Origin: an uncultured delta proteobacterium
GTDB lineage: Bacteria > Desulfobacterota > Desulfobaccia > Desulfobaccales > 0-14-0-80-60-11
DNA: 64,000 bases
Direction: 5' to 3'
Assembly: GCA_963812015.1 (NCBI GenBank)
Contig: CAWETI010000002.1
Location: forward strand, 1,600,001-1,664,000
Below are positions 39,165 through 48,757 of this stretch, in pieces. The first letter of the stretch is position 1. Every line of letters starts with the position of its first letter. The notes beneath the pieces were generated by a model. That model was not told the origin of the DNA, searched no databases, and worked only from the letters and a program-made list of their open reading frames with translations. A program made the translations under genes and the position numbers.

Positions 39165-39974
39165 TCATGGATCAAAGGGACGCCCGAGAAATCTCCTGGG
39201 TACTAAGGTGACCCGTGGCACCCGGCCGAGAGGGTTTTCATCCACCAACACAGGACAGCCGTAGGCTTGCTCCAGCAGCTCATAGGTGAGCACGTCCGCG
39301 GGGCGTCCCGATTGGATGGTTTTTCCCTCGGTCATCAAAAGCAGTTGTTGGCCATACATGGCGGCCAGGTTCAGGTCATGGGAAACCATGACCACCGTCA
39401 GACCCCATTCTTGTTGCAACTGCGACATCAGGTCCATGATGTTTATCTGATGCGCCGGATCCAGGGCCGCGGTGGGCTCGTCCAGCAGAAGGAGTCGCGG
39501 CTGCTGGCAGATGGCTCGGGCAATGATCACCCGCTGTAATTCCCCGCCGCTTAGTTCCGGCAAGGGCCGCTGGGCCAGGTGGGCCACGTTCGTAAAGGTC
39601 ATGGCTTCCACAGTCAGATTCAGATCTTTTTGTTGTTCAAGGCCCATCCACCCCACGTGGGGTGACCGCCCCATCAGGACCACTTCCTGGACAGTAAAGG
39701 GAATATTCGTGGCAACCCGTTGGGGCACGACCGCAACGAGACGGGCTAAGGCCTTTTTGGAAAAATGACTCACCGGTTTACCCCAAATCTCCACCTGCCC
39801 CTGTTGGGGTTTCACCGCCCCGGCTATGGCCCGCAAGAGAGTGGTTTTTCCTGAGCTGTTGGGACCGATGATAATGAAAAAGGCCCCTTCCGGCACTTCG
39901 ATGGAGAGATCACGGAGGATTGGTTGACGGCCATAAGAGACCTGGAGGTGCTTTACCAGAACCGCCGGAGGCAT
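39165..39974 (-). CDS. btuD: Cobalamin ABC transporter ATPase
   Basis: GPNSSGKT, LSGGELQR, LLDEPT, HDLNLA; last gene of the riboswitch operon. Confidence 0.8.
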   Translation of the reverse strand: MPPAVLVKHLQVSYGRQPILRDLSIEVPEGAFFIIIGPNSSGKTTLLRAIAGAVKPQQGQVEIWGKPVSHFSKKALARLVAVVPQRVATNIPFTVQEVVLMGRSPHVGWMGLEQQKDLNLTVEAMTFTNVAHLAQRPLPELSGGELQRVIIARAICQQPRLLLLDEPTAALDPAHQINIMDLMSQLQQEWGLTVVMVSHDLNLAAMYGQQLLLMTEGKTIQSGRPADVLTYELLEQAYGCPVLVDENPLGRVPRVTLVPRRFLGRPFDP

Positions 39975-40981
39975 CACCTGGACCTCATTAACAGGAGCAC
40001 AAACAGCGGCGCGCCCACCATGGCGGTGATCACCCCCACGGGCATCTCCCCCTGGGCGGGCAGCACCCGGGCGACCAGGTCGCACACTATCAGGAAACTT
40101 CCCCCTCCCAGAAGACAGGCGGGAATGAGGAGCCGATGGTCCGGCCCTAACATGAGCCGGAACAGATGGGGAACCACCAACCCGACGAATCCCACCAGGC
40201 CGGATTGACAAACCGCCAAGCTCACCATCAGAGAGGTAACGACCAGCAGGATCCGGGAGGTCAAGGCCACGTTCAAGCCCAGGTACAGGGCCGTCTCTTC
40301 TCCCATGAGCAAAAGATTCAGGGGGCGGGCCAGACAGAGAACCACCAGGAAACAGGGTAGCAAGAAATAGATCAGGAAAGTGGTCTGGTCAGGGGTGGAC
40401 ATGGAGAGATCACCCATCAGCCAGTAGAGCATGTTGTGTAACCGCGCATCCTGGGTGATGGACACCAGGAAAATGATCACTGCGGAGCAAAAGGCGTTCA
40501 CCATGACGCCTGCGAGGAGCAACGAACCTTTCCTGCCCCGGGGTTCCCCGGCAGTGATCGCCAGGACCAGGAGCAGAGTGCTCATGCTTCCCAAAAAAGC
40601 CAGGAGCGCCACGCCGGGGAAGGGCGCCAACCCCGCCAAAAGCCCCAAAATAGCCCCCACCGCGGACCCGCCGGAGATCCCCAGGATATAGGGATCGGCC
40701 AGGGGGTTGCGCAGCAGGGCTTGAAAGACCAGGCCCCCCAGGGACAGCGTGGCGCCCACCAGACCCGCCAGGAGCGCCCGGGGCCAGCGAATCCGCCAGA
40801 TAATGGTGGTCAGGATGTCCTCGGGGCCGCCCTGGCCCAGGAAAGCGGCCAGATTTTGCCGCCAGCTTGCGGGGGTGGAGCCCAAACTCATTCCCAGAAC
40901 CAGACTGAGGGCCAAAAGCACGCCACCAAGCATGAGTACCCACAGCAAACGCCGGCCTAAGGGGAGACCGCTCCAGCTCAT
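39974..40981 (-). CDS. btuC: Cobalamin ABC transporter permease
   Basis: RNPLADPYILGIS and GFVGLVVPH FecCD motifs. Confidence 0.8.
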   Translation of the reverse strand: MSWSGLPLGRRLLWVLMLGGVLLALSLVLGMSLGSTPASWRQNLAAFLGQGGPEDILTTIIWRIRWPRALLAGLVGATLSLGGLVFQALLRNPLADPYILGISGGSAVGAILGLLAGLAPFPGVALLAFLGSMSTLLLVLAITAGEPRGRKGSLLLAGVMVNAFCSAVIIFLVSITQDARLHNMLYWLMGDLSMSTPDQTTFLIYFLLPCFLVVLCLARPLNLLLMGEETALYLGLNVALTSRILLVVTSLMVSLAVCQSGLVGFVGLVVPHLFRLMLGPDHRLLIPACLLGGGSFLIVCDLVARVLPAQGEMPVGVITAMVGAPLFVLLLMRSR

Positions 40982-41904
40982 AGCTGCTCTCCAGTCAACT
41001 CTGGATGGATCAGGCGAAAGAGCATTTCAAGGCCATCCAGGAGTCGGGGAGAGGGGCGATCCACCAGGTCGGAATCGATGAGAAAGATGCGGTGGTTACG
41101 GGCGGCTGGCACAGTCTCCCAGCGCTCCCAGCCGGCTTTGACCTGCTCAAAGGCACCTCCCCGGTCCATTGAGGTAATGATGATGACCTCAGGCTTCAGG
41201 GCCAAAATTTGTTCTTGAGAAAAACGGGGATATGGCACCTTACCCGCGGCCAGGTTCAGTCCGCCGGCGGTGGTGATCAATTCATCCAGGAAGGTGTGGG
41301 AACCGGCGGAGACGATGGGAGAGATGCCGATCTGGAAAAAGACCCGGGGACAGCGAGCGACGTGGGCCGCGAGGTCTTTGATGCGTTGATAGCGGCGGCT
41401 GAGGTCAGTGGCCAATTTCTCGGCTCTGGCCTTGGTGCCTAAGAGATTGCCGATTTCTTTAATAGTGGCAATCACCCCTGGCACGTTATGAGGGTCAACC
41501 ACATAGACCGGAATGCCCAGACTTTGTAGGCGGTCCACCACATGGCGAGGATTGCCGTCTTTGATAGCCAGACAGAGGTCTGGCCGCAACGCCACGATCC
41601 TCTCCAGATCAGGGGAGATATATGAACCCACTTTAGGCAATTTCCGGGCGTCGGGGGGATAATCGCTGAACTGCTCGACACCGCACACCCGGGAGCCCGC
41701 TTCCAGGGCGAAGACCATCTCGGTGAGACTGGCAGCCATGGTCACCAGGCGCTGCGGAGCAGCCGGGACCTGTACCTGGCGTCCCAACTGGTCAGCCTGA
41801 ACCCTGGCTAAAGCGTGGCAGGGCGACAATCCCGCCAGTAGCCCCAAGGCGGCAATCGATACGAATTTTCGTGTATTCTTGCAAAGTCTCAACTTGCGAA
41901 CCAT
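40978..41904 (-). CDS. btuF: Cobalamin-binding periplasmic protein
   Basis: Signal peptide, DQLGR, PQRLV, SDYPP, PDLERI, RPSPR; AGGAGG RBS before ATG 41904. Confidence 0.8.
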   Translation of the reverse strand: MVRKLRLCKNTRKFVSIAALGLLAGLSPCHALARVQADQLGRQVQVPAAPQRLVTMAASLTEMVFALEAGSRVCGVEQFSDYPPDARKLPKVGSYISPDLERIVALRPDLCLAIKDGNPRHVVDRLQSLGIPVYVVDPHNVPGVIATIKEIGNLLGTKARAEKLATDLSRRYQRIKDLAAHVARCPRVFFQIGISPIVSAGSHTFLDELITTAGGLNLAAGKVPYPRFSQEQILALKPEVIIITSMDRGGAFEQVKAGWERWETVPAARNHRIFLIDSDLVDRPSPRLLDGLEMLFRLIHPELTGEQL

Positions 41905-41944
41905 CGGTTTTCTTATGTCCTCCTTGGGTGACCTAACGGGCCGC

Positions 41945-43966
41945 CTAAGGTATGCCGCCTGGCTGGGAGCGGGCCGCCAGCCCATTAATAAAAGCCTCAC
42001 AGGCCATGTGCAGCGGCCGCGGCAATTCTCCCTGAAAAGATATCGTCTGCCACTCAGTTACCGGTTTGCCTGCCAGCTCCCGCGCTACCATTTTGCAATA
42101 ATCTGCAAAGGCGCTTAAATCGAGCACTTGACCCCGTTCGTACGCATCACTCAGGGCCATAGCCGTTTCCATAAAGCAGGCGTAGTGCGGCTCCAGCATA
42201 ACGCTCTCCCATGACGATAAGACCTGCCCCCGATAAGCCTTAGGAAGGTTCCGAACCAGATCATAAAGTCCCAGTCGGCGTTCCTGTAACCGTTGCCAGA
42301 GGGGACGAGAGGAGATAATGCCGTTCTGTTTGGCCACCGCCTCCCGCACTCCCTGGTAAACCGCTCTGCCGATCAACTCCCCCATTTTGGAGTGTCCTCC
42401 AGCATTATCTATGGCCGGACCCTGGCCTCCCACCACGATGATATTATCCGTCCCGGTCCCCGTGGCTTGGTAGGTTAAAGGGTGCTCCGAACTGCGAACG
42501 TCCAGATCCTGGAGGGCGGCGGTTTTGGCCTCGGTGGCGGCGATCAGAGCCCGGCTCATAGCCCGGGGAGAAAACTGGCAGTTGCTCAACAGAAGGATAT
42601 TGATGGTTCCGGGTTCATAGAATCTGCCCTCATCCTGGGAGAGTCGCAAGGCGTTGCCCTCCACCCCGGCAGTAACCAGGGCATACACTTTGATATCCTT
42701 AAACGTTGACTGCTGCACCGAGAGATTGGCCATGTCGGCCCCGGTGAACAGGAAGCTGGTATTTTGGCCGGTTTTTTTCAGGACCCGGTAGAGCTGGGCT
42801 CTATCTTTGGCCAGACCCAGGTAGTGGGAGATTCCCCAACCGGGTGGCGGGGTGTAATGGTTCCCAACGGTGAGGATGCCCTGGCGGGGGCCCTCCAGGG
42901 TGGAAATAACGGCCACGGGGGTTTTAAAGTCGATTACCAAGGACTTGTGCTCAAAGTCCATAATGCGGCTGCGAGTCACCCGGGCTTGCCGCACATAAGG
43001 GAGATCCAGAGTAAGCGGGTCACTGGCGAGCACGGCATCGGGCCGCACCCGGTTCTTTGGGTCGGCAAAATCCTTGAGGTAGAGCGTGGCGGCCAGCCAG
43101 GCCACGAAGTCTCCGGCATGCACCGAGGCGCGGCAGGTCAACTCACAAGGAAAGCGGTAGATTCTCCCCTGACGCACAGCCTCCACCTCTTGCCAGCCCG
43201 GCTGCTGCACCAACTTTTGCACCTGCTTCAGGTCGCTGCCGCAGGTGAAGATGACCTGGGGGTTGAATTGTTGCCATTCTGAGAGGGTGATGGGAACTAT
43301 CGCCCCCTTTTTCCCCAGGCTGGGAGAGATACCCCCGGCATGCCGGATATAGTCGTTCTGGAAGGAATCATCACCGGGAACCACCATCTGCTTGTCACTC
43401 ATCAGCCTGAGGGCTCGTACCCGCTGGGAGTCAGGAACCCGGGCGACTTTTTCCCGGATGAGGTCCATTTTGTCCTGGATCTGACGGCAAAGAGCATCCG
43501 CCTGCTCCTGCCGCTGAAACATGGCCCCCAGCAAGCGCAGATTGGCGAGGATGTCCGAAACCGTATGGGCCTCCAGGTGTACCACCGGAATGCCCGAGTC
43601 CTTGAAGCGTTCCTGCACTTCCTTCTGTATATCGGACACAAAAATACAGTCCGGTTGACATTGGGCGATGACTTGGGTTATGGGGTTAAAAAAACCGCCC
43701 ACCACGGCGGGTTTCCCCGTTTGCGGGGGGACGCGATCATAGTAGGTCACCCCCTGCAAGGTTTCTCCCACCCCTAAAGCCAGAAGCATTTCCGTGACCT
43801 CGGGGACCAGAGATACGACCCGTCGGGGGGGCTGGGCAATGGTCATGGGGCGGTTATAGGCATCAGTGACGCTGACTTCGTTTGCGCCTCCGGCCCACAA
43901 GGGTATGACCAGACAGCCAACGAACAGGACCGTCACTATGAGAATCGAGGAAACCCGCTTGTTCAT
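41945..43966 (-). CDS. cbiZ: Secreted BtuF-like binding protein fused to adenosylcobinamide amidohydrolase CbiZ
   Basis: Signal peptide and class III SBP (RRVVSLVP), then TAGVEGNA, GTINI, TEAKTAAL, ATGTGTD CbiZ motifs. Confidence 0.8.
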   Translation of the reverse strand: MNKRVSSILIVTVLFVGCLVIPLWAGGANEVSVTDAYNRPMTIAQPPRRVVSLVPEVTEMLLALGVGETLQGVTYYDRVPPQTGKPAVVGGFFNPITQVIAQCQPDCIFVSDIQKEVQERFKDSGIPVVHLEAHTVSDILANLRLLGAMFQRQEQADALCRQIQDKMDLIREKVARVPDSQRVRALRLMSDKQMVVPGDDSFQNDYIRHAGGISPSLGKKGAIVPITLSEWQQFNPQVIFTCGSDLKQVQKLVQQPGWQEVEAVRQGRIYRFPCELTCRASVHAGDFVAWLAATLYLKDFADPKNRVRPDAVLASDPLTLDLPYVRQARVTRSRIMDFEHKSLVIDFKTPVAVISTLEGPRQGILTVGNHYTPPPGWGISHYLGLAKDRAQLYRVLKKTGQNTSFLFTGADMANLSVQQSTFKDIKVYALVTAGVEGNALRLSQDEGRFYEPGTINILLLSNCQFSPRAMSRALIAATEAKTAALQDLDVRSSEHPLTYQATGTGTDNIIVVGGQGPAIDNAGGHSKMGELIGRAVYQGVREAVAKQNGIISSRPLWQRLQERRLGLYDLVRNLPKAYRGQVLSSWESVMLEPHYACFMETAMALSDAYERGQVLDLSAFADYCKMVARELAGKPVTEWQTISFQGELPRPLHMACEAFINGLAARSQPGGIP

Positions 43967-44002
43967 AAACAATCTCCTGAGCGCCTGATATCTTGCGCCG
44001 AA

Positions 44003-46057
44003 TTATATCATCAGTCTGAGACCCCCGATAATTTGAAACCGGGGAGAGGAGTACCCAAACACTTCTTCATATTTTTTATCGAAGAGATTCTGGCCGCGAA
44101 CCATGAGTTGCACGCGGTTAACATAGCCCCAGTTTTGTATCACCGTATAATAGGCCGCCAGATCGGCAGTAAAATAGCCGCCATTGACCAAGCGGCTGGC
44201 GTAAAGAGGTGGATTAATGTCAGGCCGGAAGTCATCCCGGGCCCCGACGTACAGCCCGTGGAAATTCACTTCCATGGGGCCGTGGACGTAGTTTAGATCA
44301 AAATTCCAGGACTGCCGGGGACGGCGCAAGAGGTTCTGGCCGGTGATGATACCGATATTCTCTACCCCCCCGGCATCCAACACCTTGAGCTGGGTTAGAT
44401 AGGTGTAGGCGGTGCGCACAGTGAACCCTTTAAAGGGTTTCGCCTGCAAATAGAGTTCAAAGCCCTTGGTACGCGCCGCGGCGATATTGAAAAAACTGCC
44501 GGTGGTCAAACTGGTCTCGGCGAATTGGATCATGTCGGTGAAATGGTTCTCAAAATACGTCATACCGCCTTGCACCCGGTCCTTCCACAGCCATTGGTCC
44601 AAGCCCACCTCCCAACTGACATTTTTTTCCGGCATCAGTTTGGGATTGCCGAGATAAAATGGGTTGAGAGAATTGGTTTCCAGGAAAGACGGTGCTAACA
44701 CTGCCTTGCCGCCTGCAGCCCGCAAGGTGGTGTCGGTTTCCGGGAAACGCAGGGCGGCTGAGGCCCGGGGACAGAATTCCAGCTTCTGGAAGGCCCTGTT
44801 GTCCTCGACGCTGCTGCCCATGGTCAAGAAAAGTCGGTTCCACGCCCCCACCTGCTCCTGAAGATAATAGGTGAAACTGCCCCGGCGGGCTTTATTCATG
44901 CTATCGCTGTAGGAAGAAATATCATAGTCATAACTGTGGCTCCAGCCTTTATACTGGGCATGCAGCGTCTCCACCCCCAGCGTCGTCGTGGAAGCCAGGC
45001 TCTCTTTGGACCCGAAGTAAAAATTGGAGCGGTAATTCGCGGTCCATTGTTTCTCCATATCCCGGCTATAATAATCGGTAGTCTGGAAGTTGACGAAGAA
45101 TGGGTTGGCCGGATTGTTATACCGGGAATCGAGATTCAGGAATCCCAGCTTCAGTACATTTTCCCACCAGGAAAAGGGCCGATAGTTTCCCGACAAACCG
45201 GTTAACACCGTCGTCGCTTTTTGGTTCTGGTCTGGATCCAGGCCATTGCCGCCGAGACTCTTGGCGTCGAGCCGGTCTCCGTTGGTGGTCGGAAAACCAT
45301 AATAGGTGCCCACATAAAAATTCATCAGGGTCAACTTCAGTTCATCCGTGGGTTCCAAGTCAAAACGGGAGTTCACCACATTGTTCCCATAACGGTTGTT
45401 GATCGGCAAGATCCCGGTATCATCATAGTGGCCGTAGGCCATGGAATAGGAAAATTTATTGTATGAACCCTCGAAACTGACCCGCTGTTCATCGATTAGG
45501 TTATTGGGGCTATGACCTTCGGCATGGCCGCCCCAAAGGCTGGTCATGGTAAGTTTGGGCGGACCCTGGCCCTGGCGGGTAAACAGATTGACCACCCCGG
45601 TCATAGCGTCATTCCCATACAAAGAGCTCATGGGTCCCCGCACCACTTCGATGCGGTTGATGTTGTCCACCGTCATTTTACTGAAGTCAAAGGCCCCGCC
45701 GGTATCATTGAGCCGAAACCCATCGAGCATGATCAGGTTCATGTTGCTGTTGCCACCCCGGATAAAAAGGTCAGACTGGCCGCCCCGGCCGCCGCTTTGC
45801 GAGACGATGGCCCCGGGGACATCCCGCAGAAAATTATCCACCTGGGGGGTTTGCCGGGCATCCATTTGCTGGTTGGTAATGATCGTCGTGGACGTGCTGT
45901 TTTCTTTCAACGGGACTTCGGTCCCGGTGGCAGTGATTGCTATTTCTTTTAATGTCTGAATACCTTGCGTGTCGGCTTCTTGCCCCCAAAGAGGGATTAT
46001 GCCGAAAAGAACCGATAGCAAGGAGAGACCGCCGCAAAAGAGAGCTATTTTTTTCAA
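44003..46057 (-). CDS. btuB: TonB-dependent cobalamin receptor
   Basis: Plug motifs LRDVPG, FIRGG, RIEVVRGPMSSLYG; NPKLMPE, NLFDKKY; downstream of the B12 riboswitch; TTG start. Confidence 0.85.
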   Translation of the reverse strand: MKKIALFCGGLSLLSVLFGIIPLWGQEADTQGIQTLKEIAITATGTEVPLKENSTSTTIITNQQMDARQTPQVDNFLRDVPGAIVSQSGGRGGQSDLFIRGGNSNMNLIMLDGFRLNDTGGAFDFSKMTVDNINRIEVVRGPMSSLYGNDAMTGVVNLFTRQGQGPPKLTMTSLWGGHAEGHSPNNLIDEQRVSFEGSYNKFSYSMAYGHYDDTGILPINNRYGNNVVNSRFDLEPTDELKLTLMNFYVGTYYGFPTTNGDRLDAKSLGGNGLDPDQNQKATTVLTGLSGNYRPFSWWENVLKLGFLNLDSRYNNPANPFFVNFQTTDYYSRDMEKQWTANYRSNFYFGSKESLASTTTLGVETLHAQYKGWSHSYDYDISSYSDSMNKARRGSFTYYLQEQVGAWNRLFLTMGSSVEDNRAFQKLEFCPRASAALRFPETDTTLRAAGGKAVLAPSFLETNSLNPFYLGNPKLMPEKNVSWEVGLDQWLWKDRVQGGMTYFENHFTDMIQFAETSLTTGSFFNIAAARTKGFELYLQAKPFKGFTVRTAYTYLTQLKVLDAGGVENIGIITGQNLLRRPRQSWNFDLNYVHGPMEVNFHGLYVGARDDFRPDINPPLYASRLVNGGYFTADLAAYYTVIQNWGYVNRVQLMVRGQNLFDKKYEEVFGYSSPRFQIIGGLRLMI

Positions 46058-46368
46058 TGCAGCACCCTCCCATTCGCGGAAGCCCTTGGCGACTCTGCCG
46101 CCACCCGGGCCACACCCGTAAGGCGTATCAGGGGATAGAGGGGGTTCAGGCGGTCCTGCTCAGCCTGGGTGACTAAGAGGTGGATCGGTTCACAGCCCCT
46201 GTCCAGCAGAAAATGCCAGGCGTCGTCTAGTTCCAAGATGCCCGGCTGGGAGACCACCACTTCCACAGGACCCGTAAGATGGCTCAGCTCCTGATAGTAG
46301 GTCCCGGATTCTACGCCCGCCGGCGGCTCCCCGCCACCCAGCAAATAGATGATTACTCCCTGTGTCAT
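46054..46368 (-). CDS. Small hypothetical protein, first gene of the B12 operon
   Basis: GGAGG RBS before ATG 46368; stop overlaps the btuB start. Confidence 0.6.
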   Translation of the reverse strand: MTQGVIIYLLGGGEPPAGVESGTYYQELSHLTGPVEVVVSQPGILELDDAWHFLLDRGCEPIHLLVTQAEQDRLNPLYPLIRLTGVARVAAESPRASANGRVLH

Positions 46369-46430
46369 CACGCCCTCCATGCCAATAAGATAAGGAAGCC
46401 CAGGCTTCCCGAGGCATGATCCACCCGGAC

Positions 46431-46466
46431 AAAAAAAATCCTTGAGCCCATGTGGACCCAAGGATT
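46431..46466 (-). terminator. Riboswitch expression-platform terminator
   Basis: Minus strand AATCCTTGGGTCC-ACAT-GGGCTCAAGGATT followed by a U-run. Confidence 0.7.
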
Positions 46467-46559
46467 GCACCCAGTTTGCTTGATCCCTGGCTGGGCTGAG
46501 GAGATTTGCCATCTCTCCGCAGCCCCTGCATCCCCAATGCCTCGTTGGGGCGGCAGTTC

Positions 46560-46729
46560 AGCTTACAGGCAGGTCTTCTGACTCCCGGATCTTTCTACTC
46601 CCTGCGCCTTCCCGTCCTCTTAAGAAAGGATAGTGGCTTTGTGCAGGTTTCGTCCCCGGTTACAGCGGCGGGACCATGCCGGACTTGCACCGGCTTCCCT
46701 TTTAAGCCCTGACGGGCGCCTGTATGCTA
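46560..46729 (-). ncRNA. Cobalamin riboswitch
   Basis: Minus strand AAAAGGGAAGCCGGTGCAAGTCCGGC, CCCGCCGCTGTAA, GCCACT, GGGAAGG and the B12-box GAGTCAGAAGACCTGCC. Confidence 0.96.
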
Positions 46730-46777
46730 AATGTTGTGACCGATTATAAGCCCTCCTTTTATCTTGTCAATATTAAA

Positions 46778-48757
46778 TTAGGCAGGACTGAATTTTATCA
46801 GATCCTCAACTTGGGCCACCACTTCCGGGGCTCGCAGTTCCTGGATCTTATAGTATTTTGCCCCCAGCTTTTCGGCCAGCTCAGGGAGGCAGCTCAGGTT
46901 CAAAAACCCCGCCTCGGTGTCCAGGATCAGGGAGGCGATCTTTAAATCCTTCAGTCGGGCGGCCAGCTCTTTGGCTTCTTCTACCGCCGCCCCGCCGCCC
47001 AGACTGATATTGGCCTTGCCATCGGAAATCAATACCAACAGGAAGGCGTCTTGAGGATGCCGGGCCTTCTGCTTCTGAAGAATTTCATGGGCCAGATGCA
47101 GGGCCTGGGGGAGAGGGGTTTTGCCGCCGGTGGGGAGTTCTTCCAGACATTGTTGGGCTTGCTCCACGCTGTGGGTAAAGGGCAAGGCCAGGTGGGCGTC
47201 CTGTCCCCGGAAAACCACCAGCCCCACCTCCTCCCGTTTCTGATAGGCATCCAGGAGCATGGAGAGGATGGCGCCCTTGGTTTCCACCATCCGCTGATTG
47301 GCCCCCATGGAACCGCTGGCGTCCACGACGAACAGGATATGATGGCCGATGCGTTTTTCCCGCACCTTGTGGCGCAGGTCGGAATCCGTAATCGCCACGG
47401 CCAGGTTGCCTTTATCCCGCACAGTCTGGTGGGGGGCGGCGGCCCGCAAGGTGGCGTCCAGGGCCAGATCCGGCGGCCCGGCCGGGCTCATGGTGGGGCG
47501 CACATAACGACCGCTCCGGTTATTGGTCTGGGCCCGGGTCCGGCGCCCCTGGGACTCCTTGGACAGACGGTCGTGGGGCAGGTCCAGGGGGCGCACCGGG
47601 AAGGGCGAGCCGGCCTCAAAGGCAGTCTCCCCGCTTCCCGGAGGAGCGTCGGATGGGGGAGGGGGAGGAGGCTCCTCCGGGGGCGGAGAACCGTTTTCCG
47701 GCGGCGGATCGTGGTGATGTTCCTGCTGGTGTTTGCGGATGCTCTCCTCCAGCTTTTCCTGATCCAAACGTTGCTCACTGAGGGGTTTGCGGCGCATCCG
47801 ATGGGGCAACACCAACTCCGCGGCTTCCTGTACATCGGCTTCCGTTACTTCATGCCTCCCTTCCAGGGCCGCCAGGGTCCTCGCCACCTTGAGGATATAG
47901 ATATCCGCCCGGTGGCCGTCCACGCCTTGATCCAGGCAAATGCGGATGATCAGGCCCAAGATATCCGTAGTATGGCGCACCTGGGGCAGGCATTCCCGGG
48001 CCAGGCAGATCTCCTGGCGCAATCGCGCCTGTTCATCCCGCCAATCCCGAAAGAAGGCCGCCGGATCATCTTCGTAGGCTAACCATCGCTGCACCACTTC
48101 CATGCGGTCCCCCGGGTCTTGCAAGCCGCTCACCTCCACACAGAGACCGAACCGGTCCAGGAGTTGGGGCCGCAGTTCCCCTTCCTCCGGGTTCATGGTC
48201 CCCACCAGGATAAAACGGGCCGGGTGGGCGAAGGAAATCCCTTCCCGTTCCACGACATTGAGGCCCATGGCCGCAGCATCCAGGAGGACATCCACCAGAT
48301 GATCATCCAGCAGGTTGACCTCATCCACATATAAAATACCACGATGGGCCGCGGCCAGGATGCCCGGTTCGAAATGCTTTTCGCCGGTTTTGATCGCTTT
48401 TTCCAGATCAATGGTGCCCAGCAGGCGATCCTCCGTGGTGCCCAGAGGTAGGTCCACCACGGACATGGGCCGTTCCACTCCGGGGAGGTGTTGATGCTGC
48501 TGCAAATGCTTGAGGCAGGCTTGGCACATCTGCTGAGGTTGGTCCGGATCACAGTGGAAGGGACAGTCGGCCACCACCTTGATGGGGGGCAGCAACTCGG
48601 CCAGTCCCCGGGCGGCGGTGGATTTGGCAGTGCCTTTCTCGCCGCGGATGAGCACCCCCCCCAAACGGGGATTGACGGCATTGAGGATCAAGGCCTTCTT
48701 CAAGCGTTCCTGGCCCACCAGGGCCGCAAAGGGATAGGTGGGATGATTGTCGGTCAT
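46778..48757 (-). CDS. Class I chelatase AAA+/VWA subunit (ChlI-ChlD fusion type)
   Basis: [32 protein letters not shown], Pro-rich linker, VDASGSM MIDAS, GGKTPL. Confidence 0.9.
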   Translation of the reverse strand: MTDNHPTYPFAALVGQERLKKALILNAVNPRLGGVLIRGEKGTAKSTAARGLAELLPPIKVVADCPFHCDPDQPQQMCQACLKHLQQHQHLPGVERPMSVVDLPLGTTEDRLLGTIDLEKAIKTGEKHFEPGILAAAHRGILYVDEVNLLDDHLVDVLLDAAAMGLNVVEREGISFAHPARFILVGTMNPEEGELRPQLLDRFGLCVEVSGLQDPGDRMEVVQRWLAYEDDPAAFFRDWRDEQARLRQEICLARECLPQVRHTTDILGLIIRICLDQGVDGHRADIYILKVARTLAALEGRHEVTEADVQEAAELVLPHRMRRKPLSEQRLDQEKLEESIRKHQQEHHHDPPPENGSPPPEEPPPPPPSDAPPGSGETAFEAGSPFPVRPLDLPHDRLSKESQGRRTRAQTNNRSGRYVRPTMSPAGPPDLALDATLRAAAPHQTVRDKGNLAVAITDSDLRHKVREKRIGHHILFVVDASGSMGANQRMVETKGAILSMLLDAYQKREEVGLVVFRGQDAHLALPFTHSVEQAQQCLEELPTGGKTPLPQALHLAHEILQKQKARHPQDAFLLVLISDGKANISLGGGAAVEEAKELAARLKDLKIASLILDTEAGFLNLSCLPELAEKLGAKYYKIQELRAPEVVAQVEDLIKFSPA

